DNA of 34,363 nt, taken from contig JBMNOT010000003.1 in assembly GCA_050943225.1 (NCBI GenBank), positions 1 through 34,363 on the forward strand, read 5' to 3'. Under the pieces are notes generated by a model that saw only the letters and a program-made list of their open reading frames with translations, did not search any database and had not been told where the DNA came from. Positions 1 to 8,406 of this stretch are shown here, piece after piece (position 1 is the first letter of the stretch; every line of letters begins with the position of its first letter). The position numbers were made by a program, and so were the translations under genes. The DNA is from Christensenellales bacterium. GTDB taxonomy: Bacteria > Bacillota > Clostridia > Christensenellales > SZUA-584.

Positions 1-2
1 CC

Positions 3-1220
3 GCCAAAAAACAGACCGGGGTCAGCTCGTTGCTGCTTGGATACTATGAAGGGGGCGAGCTGGTCTACGCGGGTCGGGCGGGCACCGGATTTACGGCTCG
101 GACCATGCGCGAGCTTGAGGAGAAGTTTCGGGCCATCATCCGCTCTGTTTCGCCGTTTAGAGACGCGTCGAAGCCCCGGAAAGACGAGAAAACAATCTGG
201 CTGGAGCCTGTCTTGGTGGCGCAGGTTAGGTTCGCGGAGTGGACGCAAAGCGGCACATTGCGGCAGGCGAGCTTTAAAGGGCTGCGGGAAGACAAAAACC
301 CGAAAGATGTCAGAAGGGAGAATGGCGACGTGGAAACGGGAGCGCAGCACGAGGAGGAAAAACGGATGGAAACAAAGCGGACGAGCGTCACGATTCATGG
401 AGTCAGGATCAGCAGCCCGGACAAGGCCATGTATTCAGACCCCGTCATCACAAAGCAGGAGGTCGCGGAATACTATTCCGCCGTGGCGGAACGCATGCTC
501 CCGTACGTCGGCAACAGGATACTCAGCATCATCCGCTGCCCTAAGAGCATATCCGGACAGTGCTTTTATAAGAAGCATCCCGGGCCGGGCTCCAAGGGCG
601 TGATCAATGTGCCACTGGAGAAGGACGGGGAAACCAAGTACTATTTTTATATCGACAATGTATTCGGGCTAATTTCCGAGGTGCAGATGGGCACGCTGGA
701 GTTTCATATCTGGGGGAGCCGCGTGAGCCAGCTGGAGCTGCCCGATATGATGGTATTCGACCTGGACCCGGGGGAGGGGCTGGGGCTGGACAAAATCCGC
801 GAGGGCGTGCGGGACTTAAAACGTTTGCTGGACGAACTGGCGCTGGTGTCGTACCTGAAGACGAGCGGCGGCAAAGGCTATCATGTTGTGGTGCCGCTGC
901 AGCCTTCGGTGGGTTGGGAGGCTTTCAGCGAATTTGCCAAGCGCATTGCGGAAGTGATGGAGCAGCGCTGGCCGGACCGTTACACCAGCAACATCCGGAA
1001 GGACAAGCGGCAGGGCAAAATATTCATCGACTGGATAAGAAACAGCCGGGGCGCCACCAGTATAGCCCCGTATTCGCTGCGGGCGAGGCCGGGCGCTCCG
1101 GTTTCCATGCCCATCTCTTATGAGGAACTGGATAATATTGCGCCGGACGGCGTCAACCTTCACGGCGCTTTGCAGAGAATCGCAAACAGAGACCCTTGGC
1201 AGGGCTTTTTTCGACGTTAA
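3..1220 (+). CDS. ligD: DNA ligase D (NHEJ), 3' part: ligase OB-fold end plus primase-polymerase domain; 5'-truncated by the window
   Basis: Frame is open from the window start. Ligase C-terminal motifs LLLGYY..YAGRAGTGF and LRQASFKGLREDK are followed by LigD polymerase motifs (ISSPDK, FDLDPG, KTSGGKGYHV, IFIDWIRN, APYSLRARPGAPVSMP). Confidence 0.92.
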   Translation, partial: AKKQTGVSSLLLGYYEGGELVYAGRAGTGFTARTMRELEEKFRAIIRSVSPFRDASKPRKDEKTIWLEPVLVAQVRFAEWTQSGTLRQASFKGLREDKNPKDVRRENGDVETGAQHEEEKRMETKRTSVTIHGVRISSPDKAMYSDPVITKQEVAEYYSAVAERMLPYVGNRILSIIRCPKSISGQCFYKKHPGPGSKGVINVPLEKDGETKYYFYIDNVFGLISEVQMGTLEFHIWGSRVSQLELPDMMVFDLDPGEGLGLDKIREGVRDLKRLLDELALVSYLKTSGGKGYHVVVPLQPSVGWEAFSEFAKRIAEVMEQRWPDRYTSNIRKDKRQGKIFIDWIRNSRGATSIAPYSLRARPGAPVSMPISYEELDNIAPDGVNLHGALQRIANRDPWQGFFRR

Positions 1221-1284
1221 ACAGCGGATAAAGGGGGAAAAGCTGTAACCTACTGCGGACGTAAAATCATATACGGTCCGGAAA

Positions 1285-1310
1285 TGCGCCATAAGCTGCG
1301 CCATAAGCTG
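1285..1310. repeat. 12-bp tandem duplication (tgcgccataagc x2)
   Basis: Exact copies at 1285-1296 and 1297-1308, followed by tg. Confidence 0.85.
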
Positions 1311-1345
1311 GTAAACAGTATCTATTTCCCGCGGCAATCCCGTAT

Positions 1346-1385
1346 AAAAGGAAGAGACCGCCGAATCGCTTCAGCAGCCTCTTCC
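1346..1385 (-). terminator. Intrinsic terminator ending the tRNA-Leu transcript
   Basis: Minus strand reads GGAAGAGGCTGCTGAA-GCGA-TTCGGCGGTCTCTTCC-TTTT. The 16-bp stem pairs fully only on the minus strand (G-U pairs). Confidence 0.8.
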
Positions 1386-1400
1386 CAAACCCTTCAAACC

Positions 1401-1578
1401 CCGATGTCTTGCCTGAGATGTCAGTCCTGATGTCTTCCCGGATGCCAGCCTGATGTCTTTTCCCGCTGTTATCTCCTGATATCTTTACCGGATGTCCATT
1501 CCTGATGTCTTTTTCCGCTGTTATCTCCTGATGTCATACCATCGTTGCCTGAACAAAGCTGTCATCACTGATGCCTGA
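1401..1578 (-). repeat. Degenerate ~13-nt periodic array (RNA sense GACAUC-AGG) in the tRNA 3' trailer
   Basis: Plus-strand GATGTC at 1403, 1417, 1429, 1452, 1491, 1504, 1530. Variants: GATGCC at 1441 and 1570, GATATC at 1478, GCTGTY at 1465, 1517, 1558. Includes a 35-bp direct repeat, 1449-1483 vs 1501-1535 (33/35 identical). Confidence 0.9.
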
Positions 1579-1665
1579 TGGTGCCGGTGGTCGGATTCGA
1601 ACCGACACGGTATCGCTACCAACGGATTTTGAGTCCGTCACGTCTGCCAATTCCATCACACCGGC
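1579..1665 (-). tRNA. tRNA-Leu (anticodon CAA), 87 nt, CCA encoded
   Basis: Reverse complement GCCGGTG..TGGAATTGGCAGAC..ACGGA-CT-CAA-AA-TCCGT, long variable arm, GTCGG-TTCGAAT-CCGAC, CACCGGC-A-CCA. Confidence 0.97.
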
Positions 1666-1682
1666 ATGTTTTCAACTATGTA

Positions 1683-1711
1683 AATATAGCACACTGCACC
1701 GTGAGCGTCAA
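1683..1711 (-). promoter_or_regulatory. Sigma-A-type promoter of tRNA-Leu
   Basis: Minus strand TTGACG-N17-TATATT with TG extension, 17 nt upstream of the tRNA 5' end. Confidence 0.75.
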
Positions 1712-1749
1712 GCTGAGCGTATACGGGGCAAAATAAGAGACTGCGGTGC

Positions 1750-1848
1750 AAAAAAAGCGGCAAACACCGGGAAGAAGTTTGCCGAAAAAGGGAGATGTAC
1801 ATTTTGTATTGTTGTTCCGATTGATGGGCCTTAAGATGCACAAAGATT
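1750..1848 (-). ncRNA. Candidate stand-alone small RNA (~100 nt)
   Basis: Lies between a minus-strand promoter (1855-1883) and a terminator CGGCAAAC-N11-GTTTGCCG-CTTTTTTT (1750-1784). No SD-led ORF inside. Confidence 0.5.
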
Positions 1849-1854
1849 ATTACA

Positions 1855-1883
1855 ATTATACCACCGATGGCTAATATTGCCAA
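1855..1883 (-). promoter_or_regulatory. Sigma-A-type promoter
   Basis: Minus strand TTGGCA-N17-TATAAT with extended -10 (TGG TATAAT). Confidence 0.7.
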
Positions 1884-2008
1884 CCTCTTTATGAAAAATC
1901 ATCAGAAAATCCAAAATAATATAATGTCCGCACCGTTCGTCAATTTTTTACCCGGCTTCTGCGTATACTTGTCTTATAGTACGCCGAAGATGAAAGGTGG
2001 ATCGCGCG

Positions 2009-3505
2009 ATGGACGAAATCAAATTCACCGAAGTATTTGATGTCTGGCCGCTGCCAGCCATACTGGTCGATATCCGGACGGGGCGGATTATAAAGGTCAA
2101 TCAGACGGCATCCCAGCTCGGGCTGGCTGCCGGGTCGCTCTCGGATATTATAGAGCACGAAAACGCAGTGAAAGCGTTGCTGTCGGCCGGGATGACGCCT
2201 GCCAATCATCAGACAAACATCGTGACGGGAGGCTCTGTCCAGGTGGCATCGGCGGTGGTGCGGCGCGTCTGCATCAGCGGGCAGGATATGCAGCTCATCG
2301 TCATCACGTCGATGAAGGAGCCGGGGCAGGATAGAACCGACATACTGGCAACGCTTTGCGAGATATTTGCCGGCAACCAGAAGAACGCGCTGCGCTCGTT
2401 CCTGCAGGCGTCCGCAATGGATGTGGGCGCATTTTCGGCGGCAGTATATGAAAAAAGGAAGGAGCGCTATATCATACGCGATGAATGGCGCAGCAGGCGT
2501 ACGGTGAGCATATCGATACTGAGCACGGATTTTGATGCACATCCGGAGCAGGAGATGGCACGCATCGGGCAGATCAAGCGGGCAGCCGGGCTGGGGTATG
2601 CGCATTTCATCAAGTCCTACGGCACACAAGGTGTGCTTGTTTACTTCTTCGACCATGTTCCGGACTCGGCAGTGCAGCCGCTCATCGAGAAATTCGCGCG
2701 GCTGCTGCGCGCGCTGATGCCGGACGTGCCTCGGCATAGCAGCACGGCGGTAATCCGGCAGGGGCTGGATGCTCTGAGGCAGGGCATCGCCATATGGGAG
2801 AAGGAGACAAAAAAGCTGCTGTACGAGAACAAGGCCTATCACGCGCTGTTCGGCGGCGGCGTGCCGTTTCTGGAGGACCGCCGCGGCATCGGTCCCACGA
2901 CCTTTACCGACGGGGCGGGACGCCACTACAACCTGGTGCACACCGTCATCCGGACGGGCAGCCGGCGGCTGGTGGTCACCCACGCGGCTGACGTGACGCG
3001 CTATATGCTGACGGAGCAGAAACTGGCCATGACGGCCAAGACGGACCCGCTGACCGGCCTTTACAACCGGCGCGCGGGGCTGGAGATACTAGAGGAGACC
3101 TACAGCCGCAACCGCAAGTCAGGTCGCCCGCTGACGGTGGGCTTTGCGGATATCGACGGCCTGAAGCAGATTAACGACACATACGGGCACGGCGCGGGCG
3201 ACGCGATGATACGCTCGGTGGCGGATGTGCTGAAAAAGCATGTGGGGCCGGGTGGCACGGTATACCGGCTGGGCGGCGACGAATTCGTGCTGATACTGCC
3301 GGATGTCAATCAGGTGCAGGCCGCGCTGATAGCTGAGCAGATCAAAAATGGAGTCAAGAGGTGCTTTGCGGCCAGCATGCACAGCATATCCATCAGCTTC
3401 GGCTTCAAGCAGGCGGAATACACGCCGGAAGAGACCGCCGCTTCGCTGATAAATGTGGCGGATATGGATATGTACCGGGAAAAGAAGAACAAATCGGCCG
3501 ATTAA
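2009..3505 (+). CDS. GGDEF-domain diguanylate cyclase with unassigned N-terminal sensory (PAS-like) region
   Basis: TDPLTGLYNRR, DIDGLKQINDTYGHGAGD, YRLGGDEF and ADMDMYREK. ATG 2009 chosen because AAAGGTGG lies 8 nt upstream. Confidence 0.9.
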   Translation: MDEIKFTEVFDVWPLPAILVDIRTGRIIKVNQTASQLGLAAGSLSDIIEHENAVKALLSAGMTPANHQTNIVTGGSVQVASAVVRRVCISGQDMQLIVITSMKEPGQDRTDILATLCEIFAGNQKNALRSFLQASAMDVGAFSAAVYEKRKERYIIRDEWRSRRTVSISILSTDFDAHPEQEMARIGQIKRAAGLGYAHFIKSYGTQGVLVYFFDHVPDSAVQPLIEKFARLLRALMPDVPRHSSTAVIRQGLDALRQGIAIWEKETKKLLYENKAYHALFGGGVPFLEDRRGIGPTTFTDGAGRHYNLVHTVIRTGSRRLVVTHAADVTRYMLTEQKLAMTAKTDPLTGLYNRRAGLEILEETYSRNRKSGRPLTVGFADIDGLKQINDTYGHGAGDAMIRSVADVLKKHVGPGGTVYRLGGDEFVLILPDVNQVQAALIAEQIKNGVKRCFAASMHSISISFGFKQAEYTPEETAASLINVADMDMYREKKNKSAD

Positions 3506-4368
3506 CGCTTAACCAGGCCGCTGTGGATGAGAATCTGGTCGATCTCCTCGGCTTTGTTCATCGTGTAGAGATGAAATTTGTTGATACCGTGCTCCATCAG
3601 CAGGGCGATCTGCCGGACCGCATATTCCAGGCCGGCTTTTTTAAATTCCTCCGGCTGCTCGCCGTAGCGGCAGATGATCTTGCTGAGCGGCGCGGGGATG
3701 GAGCAGGCGGAGAGCAGCGCCATGCGGATGATCTGGTTGGGGTTCAGCACCGGCATGATGCCCGTCACCACCGGCGTCTTGACGCCCTCCTTATAGAGCC
3801 GTTCGTACAGGTTTATCACGGCGCCGGTGTCGAAGCACAGCTGCGTGATAAACAGGTCCACGCCGAGCTGCGCTTTTAACTTCATATATTCAATATCCTG
3901 ATCCAGCGATGGGCTTTCCACATGCGCTTCCGGATAAGCAGCAGCTGCCACGATAAAGCTGGGGCGTTTTTTGATTTCAGCTATCAGGTCGGTTGCGTGG
4001 CGGTAGTGCGTGAAGGCGGTCTCGCGGTCCATGCCCGCCGGTACGTCGCCGCGCAGCGCCAGCACATTCCGAACGCCTTTTGCCTTCAGCGTGTCCAGTA
4101 TTTCGGAAATCATGGCGGGGGTTGCGCCCACGCACGTCAGGTGGGCGATGGCGTTAAGGCCCATCGAACTCACCTGGGAGACGACGTCCAGCGTGCGGTC
4201 GCGGTTGCCGCCGCCCGCGCCATATGTTACGCTGACAAATACGGGCCGCCGAACAGCTAGCCGGTCGATGGCAGAAAAGACGGTGGACATGGGCATATCC
4301 TTTTTTGGCGGAAAAAATTCAAGGGAAAACGCGCTTTCTTTGGCGATTAGCTGCCGGATAATACCCAT
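3502..4368 (-). CDS. metF: Methylenetetrahydrofolate reductase
   Basis: FSLEFFPPK, SVTYGAGG, AHLTC, LALRGD, AAYPEAH, ITQLCFD, HLYTMN. ATG 4368 follows AGGAG. Stop overlaps the convergent GGDEF stop (TTAA, 3502-3505). Confidence 0.92.
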   Translation of the reverse strand: MGIIRQLIAKESAFSLEFFPPKKDMPMSTVFSAIDRLAVRRPVFVSVTYGAGGGNRDRTLDVVSQVSSMGLNAIAHLTCVGATPAMISEILDTLKAKGVRNVLALRGDVPAGMDRETAFTHYRHATDLIAEIKKRPSFIVAAAAYPEAHVESPSLDQDIEYMKLKAQLGVDLFITQLCFDTGAVINLYERLYKEGVKTPVVTGIMPVLNPNQIIRMALLSACSIPAPLSKIICRYGEQPEEFKKAGLEYAVRQIALLMEHGINKFHLYTMNKAEEIDQILIHSGLVKR

Positions 4369-4477
4369 AGACCTGCTCTCCTGTGATTTTTTATATCGCA
4401 TAGTTATGAACAGTGTTATTTAACCATAAAGCCGGGATGCTTGCAAGTGGTTGAATAATGGCGAAAGAAGGTGTATC

Positions 4478-5095
4478 ATGGCTGAGAGGTGTGCCATGGA
4501 GGTTTTCCCGTATCTGCCGTTTGTGCCGGATAGAAAAACAGTGATGCGGCGGCTGGGTTCGCAAAGAGCGTCGCTGCCCGCGGAGCTATCGGATAATATC
4601 GATGCGCTGTTGCGGCAGGCGGAATCCGCTTTCACGGTACGCGCAAAGGCTGCGGTTTTTCCGCTGGAACATCTGGACAGCGCGCATGTCAGCGTCGCAG
4701 GGGCAGTGGTGGAATCGGCCATGCTCGCGCGGCTGCTGGAAAAAAGCTCTGCTGCCTATGTGATGGGGGCTTCCATCCCTGCGCGGGATGTGGAAAAGAT
4801 CAGCGGGGCCATGCGGGCCGGGGAAGGGCTGAAAGCCATCGTGTTCGACGCGTATGCTTCCGAATATGTGGACGGCGTGCTGGACGTGATTATTGCCCGC
4901 AAGAACGAGGCATTAAGGCGCACCGGGCAGAAGTTGACGAAACACCGGTTCAGCCCGGGCTATGGTGACCTTGACATCTCATATCAGAAGGTGTTTTACG
5001 ATCTGCTGGATATGCAGACGCTGGACGTGACGATAAATGAAAACTATCTGCTGTCGCCGGAAAAATCGGTGATTGCAATAGCCGGAGTGGAGTAA
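4478..5095 (+). CDS. Stand-alone methionine synthase (B12) reactivation-domain protein
   Basis: DAYASEYVD, RFSPGYGDL and LSPEKSVIAIAG; abuts metH. Start could be 4478 or 4496. Confidence 0.85.
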   Translation: MAERCAMEVFPYLPFVPDRKTVMRRLGSQRASLPAELSDNIDALLRQAESAFTVRAKAAVFPLEHLDSAHVSVAGAVVESAMLARLLEKSSAAYVMGASIPARDVEKISGAMRAGEGLKAIVFDAYASEYVDGVLDVIIARKNEALRRTGQKLTKHRFSPGYGDLDISYQKVFYDLLDMQTLDVTINENYLLSPEKSVIAIAGVE

Positions 5096-7468
5096 TTGAA
5101 GACGATAGACGGACTTAATTTTCTGGACTTTCTGAAACATCGCATCATGGTGCTGGACGGCGCAACAGGCACCGCGCTGCAGCACAGCGGCATGGGCCCC
5201 GGCGTTTGCCCGGAGCTGTTTGCGCTGGAGCATCCCGGGATTTTAACCGATGTGCAGCGGCGGTATATAGACGCCGGAGCGCAGGCGATATATACGTTCA
5301 CGATGGGCGCGAACGCGCATAAGCTGAGCGAGTTTGCGCTGCGGCACGACGTGCGCCGCATCAACGCGGAACTGGCTGCGCTGTCCGTCAAAGCGGCGGG
5401 GAGCCACGCTTTCGTCGGCGGCGACGTCAGTTCTACCGGCTCGTTTCTGGCGCCGCTGGGCGATCTGGAATTTGAGCAGGCGGTGGACATATACCGGGAG
5501 CAGATATCCGCTTTGGCGGAAGCCGGTGTGGATTTCATCGTGATCGAGACGATGATTGACATCCAGAAGGCGCGCGCCGCGGTGATTGCCGCCAAGGAGT
5601 GTTGCGACCTGCCGGTGGTGGCGAGCATGACGTTTGATACCCACGGGCGGACGCTGACCGGCACCAGCCCGGCAGCCGCCGCCATGACGCTGATTTCGGC
5701 CGGAGCTGACGTGGTGGGGCTCAACTGCTCGACGGGTCCGGCGGAGATGGTGCCGCTGGTGGAAGCGATGAAGGCGGTATCCAGCGTGCCGCTGCTGGTC
5801 AAGCCCAACGCGGGCATGCCGCGCATCGAAAACGGACGGACGCTGTTCGATATGTCGTGCGAACAGTTCAGGGCATACATTAAGCCGCTCTGTGAGGCGG
5901 GCGCCAACATGATCGGCGGCTGCTGCGGTACGGACCCGGACTATATACGGGCCATTTCCGACGAGGTTGCTTCGTTTTCGCCGATGCCGTGGCGGGAGGA
6001 GATGCCGGCGGCGCTGACCTCGGTATCCGATGAGGTGTATATCGGCAAAAGCTTCGCCGTGATCGGCGAGAGGATAAACCCTACCGGCAAACCCAAGCTT
6101 AAGGAAACGCTGCGCGCCGGCCATTTCTACGAGGTGCTGGACATGGCGCTGGAGCAGAAGGACAACGGCGCACACATACTGGACGTCAACGTGGGGCTGC
6201 CTGGCGCTGACGAAATGCAGCTGATGAAAAAAGCCATCGAGATGCTGTCGGTGAGGGCCAAGCTGCCGCTTTCCATCGATTCTTCCAATCCCGACGTCAT
6301 CGAAAAAGCGCTGCGCATCTATCCGGGACGCGCGCTGGTCAACTCGATGTCTGCCAAGGCCGAGCATATAAATGCGCTGCTGCCCCTGATACGGCGCTAT
6401 AAGCCGATGTTCATACTGCTGCCCATCGGCGAGGGCGGTATTCCGCAGACCGCCGAAGGCCGCATCGCTGAGATTAAGGCGGCTTATGAGACAATCGCGG
6501 CGGCGGGCAGCGGCAAGGACAGCATACTGGTGGACGGACTGGTGATGGCCGTTTCCTCTGACCCCAAGGCCGCGAAAGAGACGCTCAAGGTGGTCCGGTG
6601 GTGCACGGAGAACGGTTTTCATACCGTGCTGGGCATATCCAACGGCTCTTTCGGCTTGCCGGAGCGCCGCTTCCTCAACGCGGCGTATCTCGTGATGGCG
6701 ATGGGCTGCGGCCTTTCCGCCGCCATCATGAACCCCAACGACAAGCTGATGATGGATATGTGTTTCGCGGCCCAGGCGTTGACGGAACGTGACGAGGGTT
6801 TTGCGCAATACATCAGGCGGTTTGGCGAAACACAGGCGCCGGAGACGGAGACGGCCAGCGTGACGGACGCCATACTTACCGGCAAGAAAAAGATTATCGC
6901 GGCGCTAATCGACGCGGAGATTGCGGGCGGCGCCACGCCCGAGGCCATTATCAACGACATGATTATACCGGCGCTGCGCAGGGTGGGCGACCTGTATGAG
7001 CAGCGCGTGTACTACCTGCCGCAGCTGATATACAGCGCCGAAGCGGCGCAGGCTGCCTTTGGCTATCTGGAGCGGCATTTTGCCCCGGCCAGTTCCACGG
7101 CTAAAAAGAAAATCGTGATGGCGACGGTAAAAGGTGACATCCACGACATCGGCAAAAATTTGGTGGCAATGCTGATGAAGAACCACGGGTTTGAGGTGAT
7201 CGACCTCGGCAAGGACGTGCCCGCGCAGACCATCGTGGACACGGCGAAACAGCACGACGCCGATGTCATCGGCTTGTCAGCCCTGATCACGACGACGGCG
7301 CGCGAGATGGAAAAGGTGGTGCGGATGGTCCGCGAAGCGGGCCTCAGAGCCAAAGTGATCGTGGGCGGCGCGGTGATTACAGAAGATTATGCCAGGAGCA
7401 TTGGCGCTGACGCCTACGCCCCCGACGCGGCGGGCGCGGTGAAAGCGGTATCAAAGCTGCTGGAATAA
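5096..7468 (+). CDS. metH: Cobalamin-dependent methionine synthase (homocysteine, pterin and B12-binding domains; no activation domain)
   Basis: VLDGATGT; Zn ligands GLNC and GGCCG; IGERINPTGK; DVNVG; B12 motif VKGDIHDIGKN..GLSAL..VGGA. TTG start directly after the upstream stop. Confidence 0.93.
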   Translation: MKTIDGLNFLDFLKHRIMVLDGATGTALQHSGMGPGVCPELFALEHPGILTDVQRRYIDAGAQAIYTFTMGANAHKLSEFALRHDVRRINAELAALSVKAAGSHAFVGGDVSSTGSFLAPLGDLEFEQAVDIYREQISALAEAGVDFIVIETMIDIQKARAAVIAAKECCDLPVVASMTFDTHGRTLTGTSPAAAAMTLISAGADVVGLNCSTGPAEMVPLVEAMKAVSSVPLLVKPNAGMPRIENGRTLFDMSCEQFRAYIKPLCEAGANMIGGCCGTDPDYIRAISDEVASFSPMPWREEMPAALTSVSDEVYIGKSFAVIGERINPTGKPKLKETLRAGHFYEVLDMALEQKDNGAHILDVNVGLPGADEMQLMKKAIEMLSVRAKLPLSIDSSNPDVIEKALRIYPGRALVNSMSAKAEHINALLPLIRRYKPMFILLPIGEGGIPQTAEGRIAEIKAAYETIAAAGSGKDSILVDGLVMAVSSDPKAAKETLKVVRWCTENGFHTVLGISNGSFGLPERRFLNAAYLVMAMGCGLSAAIMNPNDKLMMDMCFAAQALTERDEGFAQYIRRFGETQAPETETASVTDAILTGKKKIIAALIDAEIAGGATPEAIINDMIIPALRRVGDLYEQRVYYLPQLIYSAEAAQAAFGYLERHFAPASSTAKKKIVMATVKGDIHDIGKNLVAMLMKNHGFEVIDLGKDVPAQTIVDTAKQHDADVIGLSALITTTAREMEKVVRMVREAGLRAKVIVGGAVITEDYARSIGADAYAPDAAGAVKAVSKLLE

Positions 7469-7493
7469 AAATTTTGATATTTGGGAGATAAAA

Positions 7494-8213
7494 ATGAACA
7501 TTGAAATTGACACCCACACGCACACCGTGCTGTCGGGGCATGCCCATTCCACGCTGATCGAGAATGCGGCATGGGCGAAAAAAGCGGGGCTTTCTGGCTT
7601 CGTGGTGACAGACCACGGCCCGGCGATACCGGGTGCGCCCCCGGATTTCAACCTCTCGACCTTAAGATACCTGCCGGAGAGCATCGACGAGGTACGCGTG
7701 TACCACGGAGTAGAAGCCAACATTGTGGACTTTGAGGGCACGCTGGATATCCGCGAGAAGTATCTGAAGCTGACCGAGTTTGCCATCGCCGGAATCCACG
7801 AGGTCGTGCTCCGCTCCGGCGGCAGGAGCAGGGATACCGATGCGGTGATAGCCGCACTGCAGAATAAGTACGTGGATACCATTTCCCACCCGGACAACCC
7901 GAGCTATTCGCTGGACTATGAAGCGGTGGTCAAAGAAGCTGCCCGGCAAAACAAGCTGCTGGAAGTCAACGACCATTCCCTTGACTTCCGCCCGGGCGGT
8001 CTGGAAAACGCGCATATTTTTCTGCCGCTGTGTGTCCGGTACGGCGTGCGTGTCGTGGTGTCCAGCGACGCGCATTCGGCGTTCGGCATGGGCAAGTTTG
8101 ACACGGCGCTGCGCGCGCTGGAAAAGCTTGATTTTCCGGAAGAGCTCATCGTGAACGCGACAAAGGAACGGTTTGAGGCCTATCTGGCAGAACGCAGCAG
8201 GCGGGTTGGCTGA
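7494..8213 (+). CDS. PHP-family phosphoesterase (YcdX-like)
   Basis: DTHTHT..SGHAHST, TDHGP, GVEANI, SHPDNP, LEVND, SSDAH. Confidence 0.88.
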   Translation: MNIEIDTHTHTVLSGHAHSTLIENAAWAKKAGLSGFVVTDHGPAIPGAPPDFNLSTLRYLPESIDEVRVYHGVEANIVDFEGTLDIREKYLKLTEFAIAGIHEVVLRSGGRSRDTDAVIAALQNKYVDTISHPDNPSYSLDYEAVVKEAARQNKLLEVNDHSLDFRPGGLENAHIFLPLCVRYGVRVVVSSDAHSAFGMGKFDTALRALEKLDFPEELIVNATKERFEAYLAERSRRVG

Positions 8214-8226
8214 AAGAGCCCGCCCT

Positions 8227-8252
8227 TGCTTATGCTGACATGCTTATGCTGA
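8227..8252. repeat. 12-bp direct repeat tgcttatgctga (period 14), possible regulator site
   Basis: Copies at 8227-8238 and 8241-8252, upstream of the promoter at 8299. Confidence 0.6.
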
Positions 8253-8298
8253 ACACGCCAGAGAGTAACATGTAAAATTGTTCGCAGTGCTAAAAACT

Positions 8299-8326
8299 TT
8301 GATACCCATATGCACCGGTTTATGAT
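8299..8326 (+). promoter_or_regulatory. Sigma-A-type promoter for the fusion gene-galE unit
   Basis: TTGATA-N16-TATGAT in an AT-rich intergenic region; an alternative extended -10 (TGA TACTAT) overlaps it. Confidence 0.5.
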
Positions 8327-8406
8327 ACTATATAGACATCATTATTATTCATTTCATTATTAATGATATCAGGAATCATACATACGTATTACGGAGGTTT
8401 TTTGGA

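Noticed and set aside
1401-1578. Repeat array read as a CRISPR array or type III antitoxin
   Set aside because: Units are ~13 nt and degenerate, with no unique 30-40-nt spacers. The 35-bp repeat occurs only twice. No cas or toxin gene is adjacent.
1571-1883. ORFs 1571..1834 (+) and 1656..1883 (-)
   Set aside because: They overlap the tRNA and its promoter. The TTG start at 1883 is the -35 box of a promoter, and that frame crosses a terminator.
5243-6808. 521-aa antisense ORF (likewise 22961..25372, 27527..29032, 18260..19477, 10468..11586, 8563..9621)
   Set aside because: Shadow frames opposite well-supported genes, expected from high-GC codon bias; no recognisable motifs.
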